The notes under the pieces were generated by a model. It saw only the letters and a list, made by a program, of their open reading frames with translations. It did not search any database and was not told the DNA's origin. Of a DNA stretch of 64,000 bases, positions 39,811 to 53,020 are shown one piece after another. Origin of the DNA: Lama glama (taxonomy: Eukaryota); the NCBI GenBank assembly GCA_028534125.1, contig CM052817.1, positions 66,528,001 to 66,592,000 on the forward strand. Direction: 5' to 3'. Position 1 is the first letter of the stretch. Each line of letters begins with the position of its first letter. A program made the position numbers and the translations under genes.

Positions 39811-41033
39811 TTGTGACTACTCCTTTCCTTGATACCTGCTGAGCCCTGGATCTTATAATATAGCATAGTTCTACATAGAAAAGTTTTTGCAAAGAAGGAA
39901 TTACTAATCTTACTCCCTGGAAAGAAAATTAGGAACAGATAGAAATAATATCAAGAATATTTTTATAAAAATATTTTAAAATGTCTTCCCAAAGTATGAA
40001 TTTTGTGATGTAAGAAGTTGTATGGACCTTTTCAGTTTTCATTTTAGACCACCTGATAAAATTGGAAGCAATGAAGAAATCAATGTAAAAGAAATAAAAT
40101 GGTGAAGATTATTCTTCGTTCTGAAATGAGAGATAATAGGTGATAAAAATGTAGTCATGTAAATGCACTTCAAATTAGTAACAAATGCATCACTGTTAAG
40201 TAAATACATTAAATTAGGGACAGATTTACACATAACATATTATCAAAACTTGTAGTGATTGAGCAAATTGGAGACTTGGCATGTAAATTGACTGTAAAAA
40301 TTATAGATTCTTTCACTTCATTTTTTTTGATAACACAGCTTACAAGTACAGATCTTCACATCTCCTACCAGGGATGTTTTTAGCTTATTACCAAGCTAAT
40401 TTCATGAACTGATGATTCAGTTTGTATCAAATAATGATAAAATAAAACACCACTTTAAATCCTTCAAAATGGTTTTTTACTTGATTAACCAAAAAAGAGA
40501 ATTTCTTCAGTATTATACTGCTGTTACTCACTTTTGCAGTGTTTCTTCAAAAATTCTGTATTTCTCCAGATGTGAAGTTTGAAAAGTATGCTTATAAACA
40601 TAACTGTGATTGACGGATATAAGTAAAATATTTTTTTAAAGGAAGGAAAAAATGGAAGAAAAGTAATACCAGGGCCAGAATATGCCTTCTGCATACTTCA
40701 GTTGTTCGCCAGACAAGGAAGCACATTTGGCTTTGAGTCCACGGGAAGCATAGGGAAGACAGAATAATTGTCTTGCAGAATCAAAGAAACCTCCCAGGTC
40801 TCGGGATGCATCGTAACATTGCAGAGATAGGCAATGTGCCATCCTGAGTCCAACCAGCATGTAGGCCAGCCCTTGACACCCTGACCCATGAGTGGTAAGC
40901 CCTTCTCCACCTTGCAGCAACACTCAGAATCCCTTCTCATTCTGCTCTCTGCCATTACTGTAACATCACATATTTGTGTTGTTACAGTAAAGGAACTGCT
41001 GTGTAATAATTGAGGACCTCGTGGGTATAGATG

Positions 41034-41052
41034 AAAAAGGAAGTATGCAAAT
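41034..41052 (+). promoter_or_regulatory. Candidate PU.1/ETS site abutting an octamer (AAAAAGGAAGT-ATGCAAAT)
   Basis: Motif match only. Confidence 0.3.
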
Positions 41053-41107
41053 GTAATGTTTTCTCCCAATTAACAAAACTTTGATCCAACAGTCTATGAA
41101 GCAATCT

Positions 41108-41800
41108 TGTTTGTTCATTCATATTACAAGTGTAAACGAAGTGTTGGACACTCTTCTAGGTTCTCCAGACACAGGTAGCTATTAGACAACAGTGTCTTTA
41201 CGGTGCTTTTATTTTAGTGAGGACAACAGAACAAATAATTAACAGCAATAACAAAATAAGCAGTATTATTTCAAATAGCAATGCTGGTTATGATAAAAAC
41301 AAGACAAAGTGAGAGTATAGAGAGTTGGGAGGTGATGGTAAGTCATGCAAAGATTTTAAATGTGATTTTGTATCACTGAACTTACATTTAAAAAGATTAG
41401 CTCAGGGGAGACAGAGTGATCGCTGTCATTTGGTGGTAGCAGTGAGGGTGAAGACACTTGCTCTTCCTCGGTAGATATTTAAAGATGAAGATGGTGAGAC
41501 TTACTGAGAGATTGTCAAAAGCCCAGGAGGAGGTCATACGTGGTAGTCACAGCTATGACCTGGATGAAATCATTCTGTAGAAAATGTAGTTCAGAGCAGA
41601 GGTCTGAGTCCCCGCAGTGCAGTGTTTACAGGTGCAGAAGAACAGTTTCTGTCAAAGGAGGCCCCTGCAGGAATGTCCGCTGAAGTAGGAATACATTGTC
41701 TTAAGAGCCAAGTAAAGAAGATGCTTCTGAAGGAAAGCAGGACTCAACCATGTCATATCTACTTTGGAGAGCAGTTGTGGAAATGCAAAATAATTTGTGA
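41108..41800 (-). mobile_element. LINE-2 fragment, antisense
   Basis: Starts tgtttgttcattcat (reverse of an L2 tail) and continues as a purine-rich decayed body. Confidence 0.55.
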
Positions 41801-42371
41801 TTTACAAAACCATTCATTATGGTTTTGTAATGCTTCCCAAAGTATCCAAGTGTTCTCCAAATCTTTGCACCTAGAATACCATATAGATCTTTTGGTTTCT
41901 CCTGAAAGTCTGTATCAATGGATAGTATCTCTAAAGCAAATACTGGGCAGACAAAGAATGACAGTGCTGATTAACTATTCCCCAAGACCCCCAAATTCTG
42001 CAAAATATCTAAAAGTAATTGGAGATGCAGATTGATTCAGAGCATACAAGATGTTACCAAGTAAAAGAGAAAGCAGTATCCAAAAGAAACAGAAGAGGAT
42101 TATGTAAAGTTTCAATTAACTGCGGCTTGAACTTACTCTCTTTGTAGTGGACCTACATTTCATTTGGTACATACCTTGCCCTCATGAATTCTTAGAAGAA
42201 GTTTAACATCCTCTACTTTGCTCTAGGTGCTCTTCTAGACACTGAGGGGAGGTAGAGGAATGTGAGATAAATAAATAAAACCTATACACTCAGAGGGCAC
42301 CCAAGAAGAGGGAAGAGAAAATAAAATCACAAAAATAAATATCACTAATATAGTGTGTGCTCGCTAGTAAG

Positions 42372-42590
42372 AGCTAACACTTGCATTTTGTGTACTCTGT
42401 GTCAATAATAATTCTAAGCACCTTACTTACTTTATCTCATTTAATTCCTCTCAACAAACCCATTGTGAGTACAGTTTTAAACTCTGATTTACAGATGAGG
42501 CATTGAGAGTTTATATCATATGCTCAAGTGGTGGCAGGGCTGGGGCTTGGATCGAGTCAGCCCAGCTGAGGTGGCTGTATTATTACCCAC
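42372..42590 (-). mobile_element. MIR SINE
   Basis: ttatctcatttaattcctctcaacaaaccc...tttacagatgaggcattgag. Confidence 0.7.
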
Positions 42591-43858
42591 TTGGCCGCCA
42601 CAGTCCAATACCCTGTGAGGAGCTATATACAGCTTCATGGGGTCGCAGAAGCCCAGTCAGAGGGGCAGTCAGAGGAAGCTTCCCAGGGAGATGATCTTCC
42701 ATGTAGAGGAGGGGTTATGAATTATTTCTGATAATTTAAAATTACTACTTTAATGAATTGCTTATAAAGGCAAGTTTGAAATTATCTCAGATACTCTTTG
42801 TGGGTTTTTTTGAAATTCTAAAAACAGAGATTTTTGTTTCATAGTGCATGATTTTCTTCAAATTACCCATTTTGCTTCTATGGGCAAATACTATCCTTTA
42901 GGAAGGAGTCTTACCTGTTTTGTTCATGGATTTATTCCCAGTGCCTAGAAGAGTTTCTAGCCCTCTATAAATATTTACTACATTAATTAACTTGTTAATG
43001 GCCGCAAGGTTAACCATACAGTAAAATCAATCAAACTCCGGTAAAGATCAGGTATTTGACTAGCACTATTTGAACTCCAAAAATAAAAGAGCTCTTCTTT
43101 GTAGAAAGATAAGGCAGCTACAGATAATGTCGTTTTCTTTTTCTTTTCTTGTTTTTTCTTTCCTTTCTAGCTCTTATCTATGGCATCTGCCATTAACAGA
43201 ATGGAAAATTGGCACATGAGGCTTCGGAACTGCACTGAACTGTCTGTGCTCAAATAACTGAGACACATATGTTCATCTTCTCCGGGCTGACACAAAAAGT
43301 GTAGATTTTTCAGGGGCAAAAGTAGTAAGTTTAAATGTATACGGTTATCATAGAGTCAGGGAAAAAAACATAAGTATTGGTCATTAGTAACTGGTAACAG
43401 AAAATAGTCCCTGTAATATTCACTCATTTTATTAAGACAAATACATGCATGGGTTTGCCTCAGTCACACACACACACAGTGGAAATGGGCTTTTTAAAAA
43501 CTATCAGTTGAGTAAGTTGCTCCTTAAGGATCTCCCTCTTTTACAGATGTTGTGCAGGGATAATTTTCAAGCCTAGAGTTTCTATCCTCTGAAACTCTTG
43601 ACAGGTCCAGAACCTCCCCCCCCATATCATCCTATTACTAACCTACCCTCACACCTTCTCCTTTCACTTCCTAAAGGGGCTCCTTTTCTCTCTGGATTCT
43701 GCCATTACCAAATAGTTACCAAATATTATTTTAGTGTCACTGCAGGTGTAAGGATTCATTGCATTACTCCGAGAAGAATAGAGACTCAACGATGTAGAAG
43801 AATTTGTTTTTTATGTCTTGTTATGGTTTATCAAAACCACTACAGTTGTTTTCCTTGT

Positions 43859-44331
43859 TGAATTAGTCAAGATTTGCCAGAGAAACTGAAGCAATGTATG
43901 TACCAAGAGAGACAGAGAGAGGTTTACTTTTAGGAGCTGGCTCATGGGGTTGTGAGGCTGGCTATTCTGAACTCTGCCGGGCCAGCTGGCAGCCTGGAAA
44001 TTCCAGCAGCAGTTCATATTACAGCCTGAGTCCAAAGGGAGTCTGGAGACTGAATTCTTTCTTCTTTGGTGAACCTGTCTTTTCTCCTAGGGCCCTCAAC
44101 TGATTGGATGAGGCTTGCCCACACAGTGGAGGGTAATCTGCCTTACTCAAAGTCTACTTATTATTAATAATTATTAATTATTTATTATTATTAAATAATA
44201 ATCTTAGATTAATTACTTAGCTACTTAATCTTAATTAATTAACTACTTTCCCAGTAACATCCAGAGTGGGGTTTGACCAAACTACTGGGCACCATAGCCA
44301 AGCCAACTGACACATAAAATTAACCATCACA
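43859..44331 (-). mobile_element. MLT2 (ERVL) LTR, MLT2D-like, with an AT-rich low-complexity insert
   Basis: tgaattagtcaagatttgccagagaaac...tcaactgattggatgaggc...gagggtaatctgccttactcaaagtc...tgacacataaaattaaccatcaca. Confidence 0.85.
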
Positions 44332-44680
44332 CTCACCATCATCCTATTGTCCAGAGGTTGGTAGCTCTAAACAACTATAATTTACCCACACACCATTTGA
44401 GATCCCCAACAATCAGTTTGAAAAATGCTGGCCAGTAGATTTGCAAGGCAACTATAACTCAGTGGATGCAGAAACCTCTCAAAATATCCTATCCTGGTTT
44501 ACAGACTAAGGATGTGTTGATGGTGTAGTGATGGATATAATTTGGGTCATGTGCATAATATAAACTCTTGATCAAAGAAAAATAGATATTGCTTACACTG
44601 TTAAGACATGTTGAACTAGAGAGCTGTTACCACTTTCCTGTTTCATGACAATACCTTTAGAATTAACACCATCTACTTAG

Positions 44681-44772
44681 TGTAGTAAGCTAAATAATCG
44701 CTCCCTACAGATACTCACATCCTGATTCCTAGATCTGTGAATTTGTTACCTTATATGGCAAAATGAACTTTG
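44681..44772 (+). mobile_element. MLT1C/D-like LTR 5' fragment
   Basis: tgtagtaagctaaataat...cacatcctgattcctagatctgtgaatttgttaccttatatggcaaaa. Confidence 0.6.
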
Positions 44773-47095
44773 GGTCCCTATTTCAGAATACTTTTTCTTC
44801 CACAAAACAAGTGTTTGGAGGTAATTGTCAATGTTTAGTGACATAGGAGCTAAGTTTATAACCAGTATGCTCTACTCAAGGACACTTGTCTAATTTAATT
44901 TGGTGTTATGTAACTGTATTGCCAGCAGCTACCCCATCAGCACCCCAACCTGTGCTGCTCCATGACAGTAATCCGTCGCCTTCTGTAATGAATGCACTGT
45001 CTCTTTTGCCTTGTAACTGTGTAGCCATCTTAAATCCAGCACTTTCCTTCAGAGCCTATACAGTCAGTCATCAAGTCCAGTTACCTTTTCTTTTGAAATA
45101 CTTGACATCTGTCTTTTCTTGTCCATTTTCCCTGCCACCACTCTAATTCAGACCATGAGTTATCTCTCCTTCCTCCTGAAAAAGCCTCCTAGCAGGTTCT
45201 CTAACATGTTTCACCACTCTCTCCAGCCTTCCTACACTTAGGTTCTTCCCTAATCATTCTCATATTCCATATATATTCTGTCCATATACTACATATGATG
45301 GTGCTCCCAAAGGCTTCTTAAGCTCTACCCAAAAAAAATTTTTATTGCCCAAAGAAAAACTTCCAAGATTTTTTCCTGCCTTAGTTCACTTTTATTGTCA
45401 AGATGATTTAATATCTTTTAAAGAATAAATGAGGTTCAAGACTATAAGAAGTCTTTAAAAATGCTAAATACTCCTTACTAATGCAATGAAGCACCTTTGC
45501 CAGATGCTTTGTTGATTTACTGCTTGGTCGTACACAGTCCTTGGATTTCCATGTGAGACCCATTCAAATGCCAGTGGGTAGCTTTCTACATGTAAAGCAT
45601 GGCCTCCTGGCGGAGTAGCCGGACCTCAGATCTCAACCCAGCTCATCCGGTTCCCACACTCTTGTTGTTCAGGTCGCCTGAATCTTCCTAGGCTCTTTCC
45701 TGGCTTCTTTCTAGATTCTTGTTTCCTTTGTTGTTAAGAATCAGAAGAGACAAAATAGGTAGGTGATTTTCAGAGGTATTTTTAAATGAACACAGAGGAA
45801 GAGAATACACATGGATATACAAAAAGTTTCTAGAGTTTTCTTATTTTAACCAGAGGTTAGCCACGGATTGGGTGAACATGGAGCTTAAATATGGTTAAAA
45901 GAGTGGAACAGCCCCACTCTTTTTATTACCTCATCACTGTCTGGTTTCAATAGTGGAAAGTGGACTGTAAACAGACCTGTTCAAATGCTGTGAGATTGAA
46001 TTTGAATTGATACCAATTCCGAGAACTACTGATAAGAACTACACATGCCTCTTTGCTTCCTAACATTATCTCCAGACGTGGACTCCCAGCTTCCGGGCTG
46101 CTCACTGTGCCCTCATTACCTACCTCTGTCTTGTTCTGTGTGTTGCCTCATTTCTCCCTGGCCAGTCCTGGGCCAAAGCCATGGATAATAAAGGGTTTCA
46201 CACTGTGTCCCTAAATACTCCTTTTCTAAGGCCAGACTGTCTTAACGCCAACCTGTCACATGTTCTGCTGCTCTCCTATTACTCATTCTTGACACCAGGT
46301 ACCTAAAATCCCTGCCTCTCAACTTCATTCATCGGTTATTACATTTCCTTCTTTCTGTTTTTCTATTTCTCTTCCTCTTATTACTGCTGCTGCTAATATT
46401 ATGGTAGAGTCTATCCGGGTATTCAGTGAACAATGAACTGTTCCTGGGTTCAAGGTTACATGCTCCATTTATTTCTCATGCTTCTTATCAATTCATCATT
46501 CAGATGTTTTGCACGCCAGAACATCCATCTCCCAGAACTTTATTTTTATAGTTTTACAATACTCCAAAATATTAGACATAGTTAAAACAAACTGTAGAAT
46601 CTGCACCAAAATTAAAAAGATGTCCAGTGACTAAAACGAATTTATGTTACCTGTGAAGAACAGAGAAAGGATTGACTTTAACCCTAGGTTTTTCCTGTTG
46701 TTTTGCCTAAGCCTGACAAGTGGGAGAATAAACAAATCAGGATAAAGGCCCTAGCGCTGCTGTCTCTACCTCCAGGGCGGTTGCCAGCATGGGCTATAAC
46801 CATGCCCGGTGTGGATTTAACTGATCCTGATAGACGCTAGACACAAAAACAGCCAGGGAGAGTGCCTGAGAAATCATGGACTTGGAAGTTCACAGCTTCT
46901 CCTTTCAGCCCCAGGCCTTTTCCAGCCTCACCCCGAGGAGCAGTCCGCAGGACTGCACTCAGGGCTTCTTTAACTGTGTGGAAGAAAGAAGGACAGCACC
47001 AGACTCTGGAAAATGCCTGTTCATGTTGCAGTAGGAAACCAGTTCTGATCTCTCTCTTCAAAAGGAAAAAAGAGCCTCTCAATTGCTTTAAAATG

Positions 47096-47737
47096 CAGCT
47101 AAATCTCATTATTCACAGCAGTTATGTTCTGTAAAATCATTGACTAAGAGAATATTGCACCATTGCTCCCAGGAGAAATCCAGGGTTAGGTTCCTATGAG
47201 CCACTGGTCACATTTTTTTTTTTTTGCTAATCAATCAATGCATAGCCTTGTTTTATGTGTGTTTCTATTTAAAGACACATTGTTTAATATACATTTTAAA
47301 TTCATTAACATTTAACTCATCACCAATAACATGATTCATTTCTGAATGAAGCTTATCTAACACATGTCTTTTCTCCATGAAGTGTGTCACAGCCCTATTG
47401 TGCTTGTGAACAGCAGACAGCACTTCAGCACTATGCCAGGGGACCACTTTATAACAAACTTGTTGTTGAATCACCAACAAAAGCAGAAAAATGTAAAAAC
47501 TGCATCACTACATAGACCACTGAAAGGACATTTGTTTACAGTATGAGAGCTGAAGTGTCATCTTGCTTGACCTCAGCTGGGAATGTGCACTTCATGTGAC
47601 TCACATTTTTCACTGCTCTGCGCATTTCCACAAATGACTGCAAAATTCCACAGGTTTTGATGTTGGGGGTACAAATAAGCTTTTATAAGTAAGCAAATTT
47701 ATAAATAATTGAATTTCTGAATAATGAAGGTCAACTG
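47096..47737. mobile_element. MER82-like Tigger element (~640 bp, near full length)
   Basis: Degenerate TIRs cagctaaatctcattattc / gaataatgaaggtcaactg with TA after the right end. Internal ccattgctcc...agggttaggttcct matches recalled MER82. Confidence 0.82.
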
Positions 47738-48734
47738 TATTTGTATGGAAAAATACATTGGACTTAGGTATAATATCTGATTGAACAAATATTATTGTCC
47801 TCGTTTAATGGTTGAGAAAATTGAGAGGCAGAAAGTTCAAGTGGCTTGTCCAAATTACATTAGTAAATGTTAGAATTAGGATTTGGTGCATACAATCTGA
47901 TTCCAAAGCGCTAATATTTAAGCACTTATGACACAATATTACCTCTCAAAATAAATAAGTATTTAGTTTTAGAATTTTAGGGTTTAAAATAATGAAAGTT
48001 GTTATCTTGAACTTTACTTATTAAGATGAAATCAAGATTCGCTGATTAGGAATTCAACCATTTTAACTAAAACATTTGGAAAAAAAAAGAGTTATCTTAT
48101 GTGAAGTTTCTTGAGCAATTAAAAAAGAACATACAAAATGAGTACGGCCTTTTCTTTTTAATATTAAGAGAATATTTTAGAAACAAGAATGTAATTACAA
48201 CAATTAGTGAGGTGAATACAAAATTAAACACTAAAGTGTCTCTCTAAGATGTACTTCCCACTCTTACACTTTTTGTAGTATGAGAGATAACAAACTGTAC
48301 AAAAGGGCTTTAATGCCCCATTGTTTCCCTTATGCATTTTATTTACATTATCGAGATTTTAGAAATTTGATAATCTTGGCAGTATTTTTAGTTCCTTGAA
48401 ATTCTAACTAGGATTATATGTCCCCTATTTCAGCAAGATGGGAAGAGTGACACCTTACATGTTGCATGTGTGCTCCTCCCATCACAGAGCAGTCAGATCA
48501 TGAACCCAGCAATGCTCTGTTTTACAGATCCACAGAAATACCAACATTTCATCAGACTCCAGATCCTGTGATGAAAGGAATGAAAATCATTACCTTTCTT
48601 CAACCTTCACAAATATCGTCCTTACTCCTTTAGTTGATATCTGATTAGCATCTAGGGAAAATTATCCTAAAGCCATCTGTGGCATGGCCTTGAGCCCAGA
48701 AGAATATCATAAGTCCTACAATTCTGACCCCAAC

Positions 48735-48845
48735 CTTACAATTTTATAAATGAAGAAACTGAGGTCCACAGAAATGAAGGAACTTTCCTAAGCACCACAG
48801 ATTCAGTGGCTGAGCTGGCATTAGAATGCAGATCTCCTGACTTTT
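48735..48845 (-). mobile_element. MIR SINE core
   Basis: attttataaatgaagaaactgagg...agtggctgagctggcattagaatgcagatctcctgact. Confidence 0.7.
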
Positions 48846-49899
48846 TATTTCTGTTTGTTGTGTGCTTCATTGTTTTGTCGTAAAGTGGCCGCCTGGTCAT
48901 CACTCACTGAGTAAATAAAGATTTACTACTCCAAACAGTGGTAGAAAAGAACACTGGATTGCGTGGTCATGCACTTTCAGTCTGCATACTCATCTTACTT
49001 TTAAATTATTAAGGTTATACTCGAACCCTGGGTATATTCCCATTGTATTATTCTTGTGAGCGAGGTTAATCTTTTGAAAGCTTTAGTTTGATAACTTCAA
49101 TCTAATTATTGGCCATCTTTTATAGGGATTGTTTTGGACTGTTAAAAATGGCTCAGCCCAAACAAACATGTAACTTGATATCTTTACTGTGTGCCAGCTC
49201 ACCTATTCATTTTTGTTTGCAAAGACTAATAAGATTGGATTTTCACTGAAAAATTCCCCTGCCAGACATTTAATTCTCTTCTTCCGAAATTATCATTTTA
49301 AAGACATTGGCTGAAACAACTGAAAACTGAAAATTTATTTTGTCCAGGGAAAAAGTTGACAGCAAATTGGCCACACCTTCCTTAGTGTGAGTTGTTGCTT
49401 CTTTATTTACACCTTGATAATAGAAACAAATCCAATGAATCTTGATTAATTAAATGAAAATTACCATGGAATGAAACAGATGTATGCTGCAGATTAAGCA
49501 CAATCTAAAAGTTTTTAAAAATATCTTCTTAAGGAATCTGTTATTTAAATCTAATAGGTAAAATTGGCAAACTGCAAAACAAATACTGTGAGTTTAAGAA
49601 AATCATTAGAGTATAAGCTAAGACTCATAGGACTTCTGCTTCTGATTAAGATGTATAACAACATGAGTCTATTTGTTCTCATTGTAACAATGAGAACAGG
49701 CAAGAAGATCTTCAAAATCACAGTTTCTTTTTTTAATCCAGCATAAAATGAATGACAAAAGAAACTCAAATGAACTAAGTTCCAGAAAGGGACAAGTTCT
49801 TCATAAAAGAGAAGAAATTCATGACTTTCTTCATCCCTTACAGAGGAAAAAGAAAAGAACTCACTATAGATGAGGAGTAAAGAGAAGCCAGCTGAGCAT

Positions 49900-51655
49900 T
49901 TAGCAAAACTTTAATGGCTGTATTTAGGCTAGTGTGGTGGACAAAAGTCCCAAAGAGCCCCAGGTACAGAGTGGGTTTGCATCACCCACCAACTCTCTTT
50001 TGTAGGCTGTCATAAGTGCACAGAGCTAGTATACCGATGACTAGAGGAAGGGAGGAAGGCTGAGCGAGATCCTTAAAAACCCTGAGGATCAACTGGTGAC
50101 TGCTGAGGCGAGGGAATGGGACAGGGTTACTGAGACAGATCCCATCAAAGCTTCTACCAGATGGGAAGCGGCAGCAGACAGGTTCTAAATACCGAGAGGC
50201 ATAGAAGTGGGAAAAATGCCTCCGAGCTATTGGGATAGTAAGGAGTCTACCTTAACTGAGTGTATTCAGAGGCCCCACAAAATCTGAGAGGGATGTTCTG
50301 ATGTGAAAAATTCTGGAGGCAGGACTGGAGAGAAAAAAGACCCATCCAAAAGCTGGCAGCCAGTCTGTAGAGCAACAGAGGTTTCTCAAGTCTCACCAAA
50401 GCTCATATTCCAAGCTGTGCTGAAGAAAGTTATGATCCTGCCCTCAAAATATTTGAGGCCAATGGTTAACTTATTCTAAGTAAAGCCACAAAATGACCAA
50501 GCTCAGCTCACCTGCAGATTAACATGAGTCAGCTCCCTAGGTAGTAGTCTGATTGAAGAAAGGATGTGCCTTATTCTGGGGGTAAATATTATTTACTTCA
50601 GTCCTTTGGTACAGTCCTCAGCATGCAGTGTAAAACTACAAAAAACATAAAGAAGAGGTAAGATGACCTATGGTCAAGAAAAGAGATAGGCTACTATAGA
50701 AGTAGACACAGAAATGTTCCAGATGTTGAAATGATCAGATAGGAACATTACGATGACTGATAATTATGTTAATGAAATCTATTGTAAAAGTTGCATAACA
50801 TGCATAAAAGTTGGACATTTTATCAAAGCAATGAAAAATATAATTAAAAAACAAAAGGAAATTCTAGAAGTATGCAATATCAGAAAAGTTTTAAGCATTA
50901 TATAGGCTTAATTGTAGAAACAACATGAAAAAGAAAGGAACTAGTGAACTTGAAGACAGTCAAAATAAATTATTCAAACTGAAAAAGAGGAAAAATTCAG
51001 AGTCTAAGTAAAGCCTTAAAAAAGAACAAGCTTAGTTCATCTGCATATTAATTTGACTCAGTTTTGATCCAAGCTCTATAGGATAATGTTACATGATCAA
51101 ACATACGTGTTACTGACTTCTCTGAGTAAAGATGAGAGAGAACGAGGCAGAAAAATATTTGAAGGAATAATAGCTGAGAATGATCTCCCTAGGAGAATAT
51201 ATACAAAAATATCATACCCACACACATCACAGTTAAACTGCTGAAAAGCAAAGAGAAAGAGAAAATCTTACAAGGAGCTACGCTGGGGGTTGAGGTAGGG
51301 ATGAGTGTTGAGGAAAGCACATACCTTACAGGAAAACAATGACAAGAATCACACCGGACTTCTCATCAGAGGTAGAGGCCAGAAGACAGTGGAATGCAAG
51401 AGTCTTTGCTGTGTGATTCCAGTTGTCTGAAATCCAAGGTGAAATAAACTTACCTGTGTTGATAAAAATTAGACAGTAGTTCCCTCTGAAGTGGAGCTTT
51501 GGCTAGAATGGAGCATAAGAGGATTTGCTTTGGTGACCGAAGCTTTCTTTAGCTGGTTTTGGGGGCTGGTTCCATGGGTGTATACAATTGTCAAAACTCA
51601 TGAAACTCATCATCAGTGTATTTTTCAAATATAAATTACACTCTGTAATTTTTAA
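49900..51655 (+). mobile_element. Ancient L1ME-type element: 5' UTR and ORF1 remnants joined to a 3' UTR
   Basis: ORF1-like agtgaacttgaagacag...gacttctcatcaga...gaggccagaagacagtggaat, followed by 3'-UTR-like catgggtgtatacaattgtcaaaactcat. The left boundary is uncertain. Confidence 0.7.
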
Positions 51656-52569
51656 AAGCCAATAGAAACATAGATATCTTTAAGCAAAAACATTAGTGAT
51701 TGTGTGATCTAGAGTTAAACTAAGCACTGAGGAGTGGCAAGGGGCAGCATGTAACCCTCCCCTGGGTCTCAGACATTATTTGATCAGCACTCATCCGCTG
51801 CCATGGAGTGAATGTCAGGAGAGAGGATAGCCTCCCCCAGCAAAGTTTTGTTTTTTTTTTTTTAAGATAAAGAACTTCCTCACCTTATGCTGTTGCAAAA
51901 ATGCTTATTCCAGATACAGAGGAACCCATTCATATTTCAAATTCTCATCATAATTAAATCAAGGTGAAAATAAAATAAGTGTCATTTTATAAAAAAGTAT
52001 GATGCCTAAAAACCCAAACTGGTTCTTAGCATAGTCATGCCTTTATTGACATGAATGCCTTTATTCATATATAAATATCATATGTATATTAATATAATAT
52101 GTGCACATACTGAGTATATTTAATGTAATTCGATGTTCTGCAAAAATAGTGCTAGAGATCACGTTCCAGTTAACATTGAAGTAGCTAATACAGCTCCTAT
52201 GAATCATTTTAATTCTTTAAAATGTTAACTCTGTCATATTTTAATTAAAAAAATACTTAAATTAGAAATTTTCTGGTTACTGACCATGTGCATTAGCAGG
52301 CTGAGCATTTCCTGCTTAATGAAAATAAGCAAGCCAAACCACCTCATCCAAGACGATGGAAAGGGTTGCTGTAATGATCATATTGGGGCAGGTTTGAAAC
52401 TGATTCATCATTTTTTAAAGGACCAACTATTCTGGGGTCAGTCTCTCAGGATGGTAAGTACTTGGGGATAGTGAAAAGAATTAATGACCATAAGGTTGGG
52501 GCAAAGCTGAATTAGGACACGGATGTTTTATAAACTATTTGAGGCAGAAGAGAGAGAGGCAAGGAAACT

Positions 52570-52750
52570 AATATTTCGTGAGTGCTTATTATGTTTCAGA
52601 TATCTTGCTGGGCACTTTTGATATGCTGTCATCTAATTATCTCAATAGCCCTACAAATTTGAATGAGACAGCTGGGCTCAGATACTTAGTAGCTTGCTGA
52701 ATCTTCACACAGTGGATCTATGGCAAAGCCAGCGGCCTCTAAGCCCACAC
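52570..52750 (-). mobile_element. MIR SINE (decayed)
   Basis: atatttcgtgagtgcttattatgtttcag...tcatctaattatctcaatagcccta. Confidence 0.55.
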
Positions 52751-52789
52751 TTCTGTAACTATCATAATCTGTATTGCCCAAAGGATAGG

Positions 52790-53020
52790 AAGATACGGGA
52801 ATTTAGAGGAAATACACTTCACCTCAACAGAAGTAATAATGTCTAATGATGAGTGTTGTCTAAGAAGCAGGCTTCCTTAGGAAGCAGAGACCACTCCGTC
52901 GTTTGAGCTATAAAAGCAGTACCTGGAAGACCAGCTCTTAGAGACTCTAGGAATGCAGTGCTGTTACTGGGCAGAAAATTGGAAAGGTGTTCTCAAAGCT
53001 CTTTCATGTCTGTGACTCCA
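52790..53020 (+). mobile_element. CR1/L3 LINE 3' fragment
   Basis: Colinear with the recalled L3 tail (aagcagtacctggaagaccagct...ttgga...ctctttcatgtctgtgactc); highly diverged. Confidence 0.45.

Noticed and set aside
40636..42035. ORFs of 95-137 aa at 40636-41069 and 41622-42035
   Set aside because: No homology recognised, partly within an L2 relic, and no supported exon structure.
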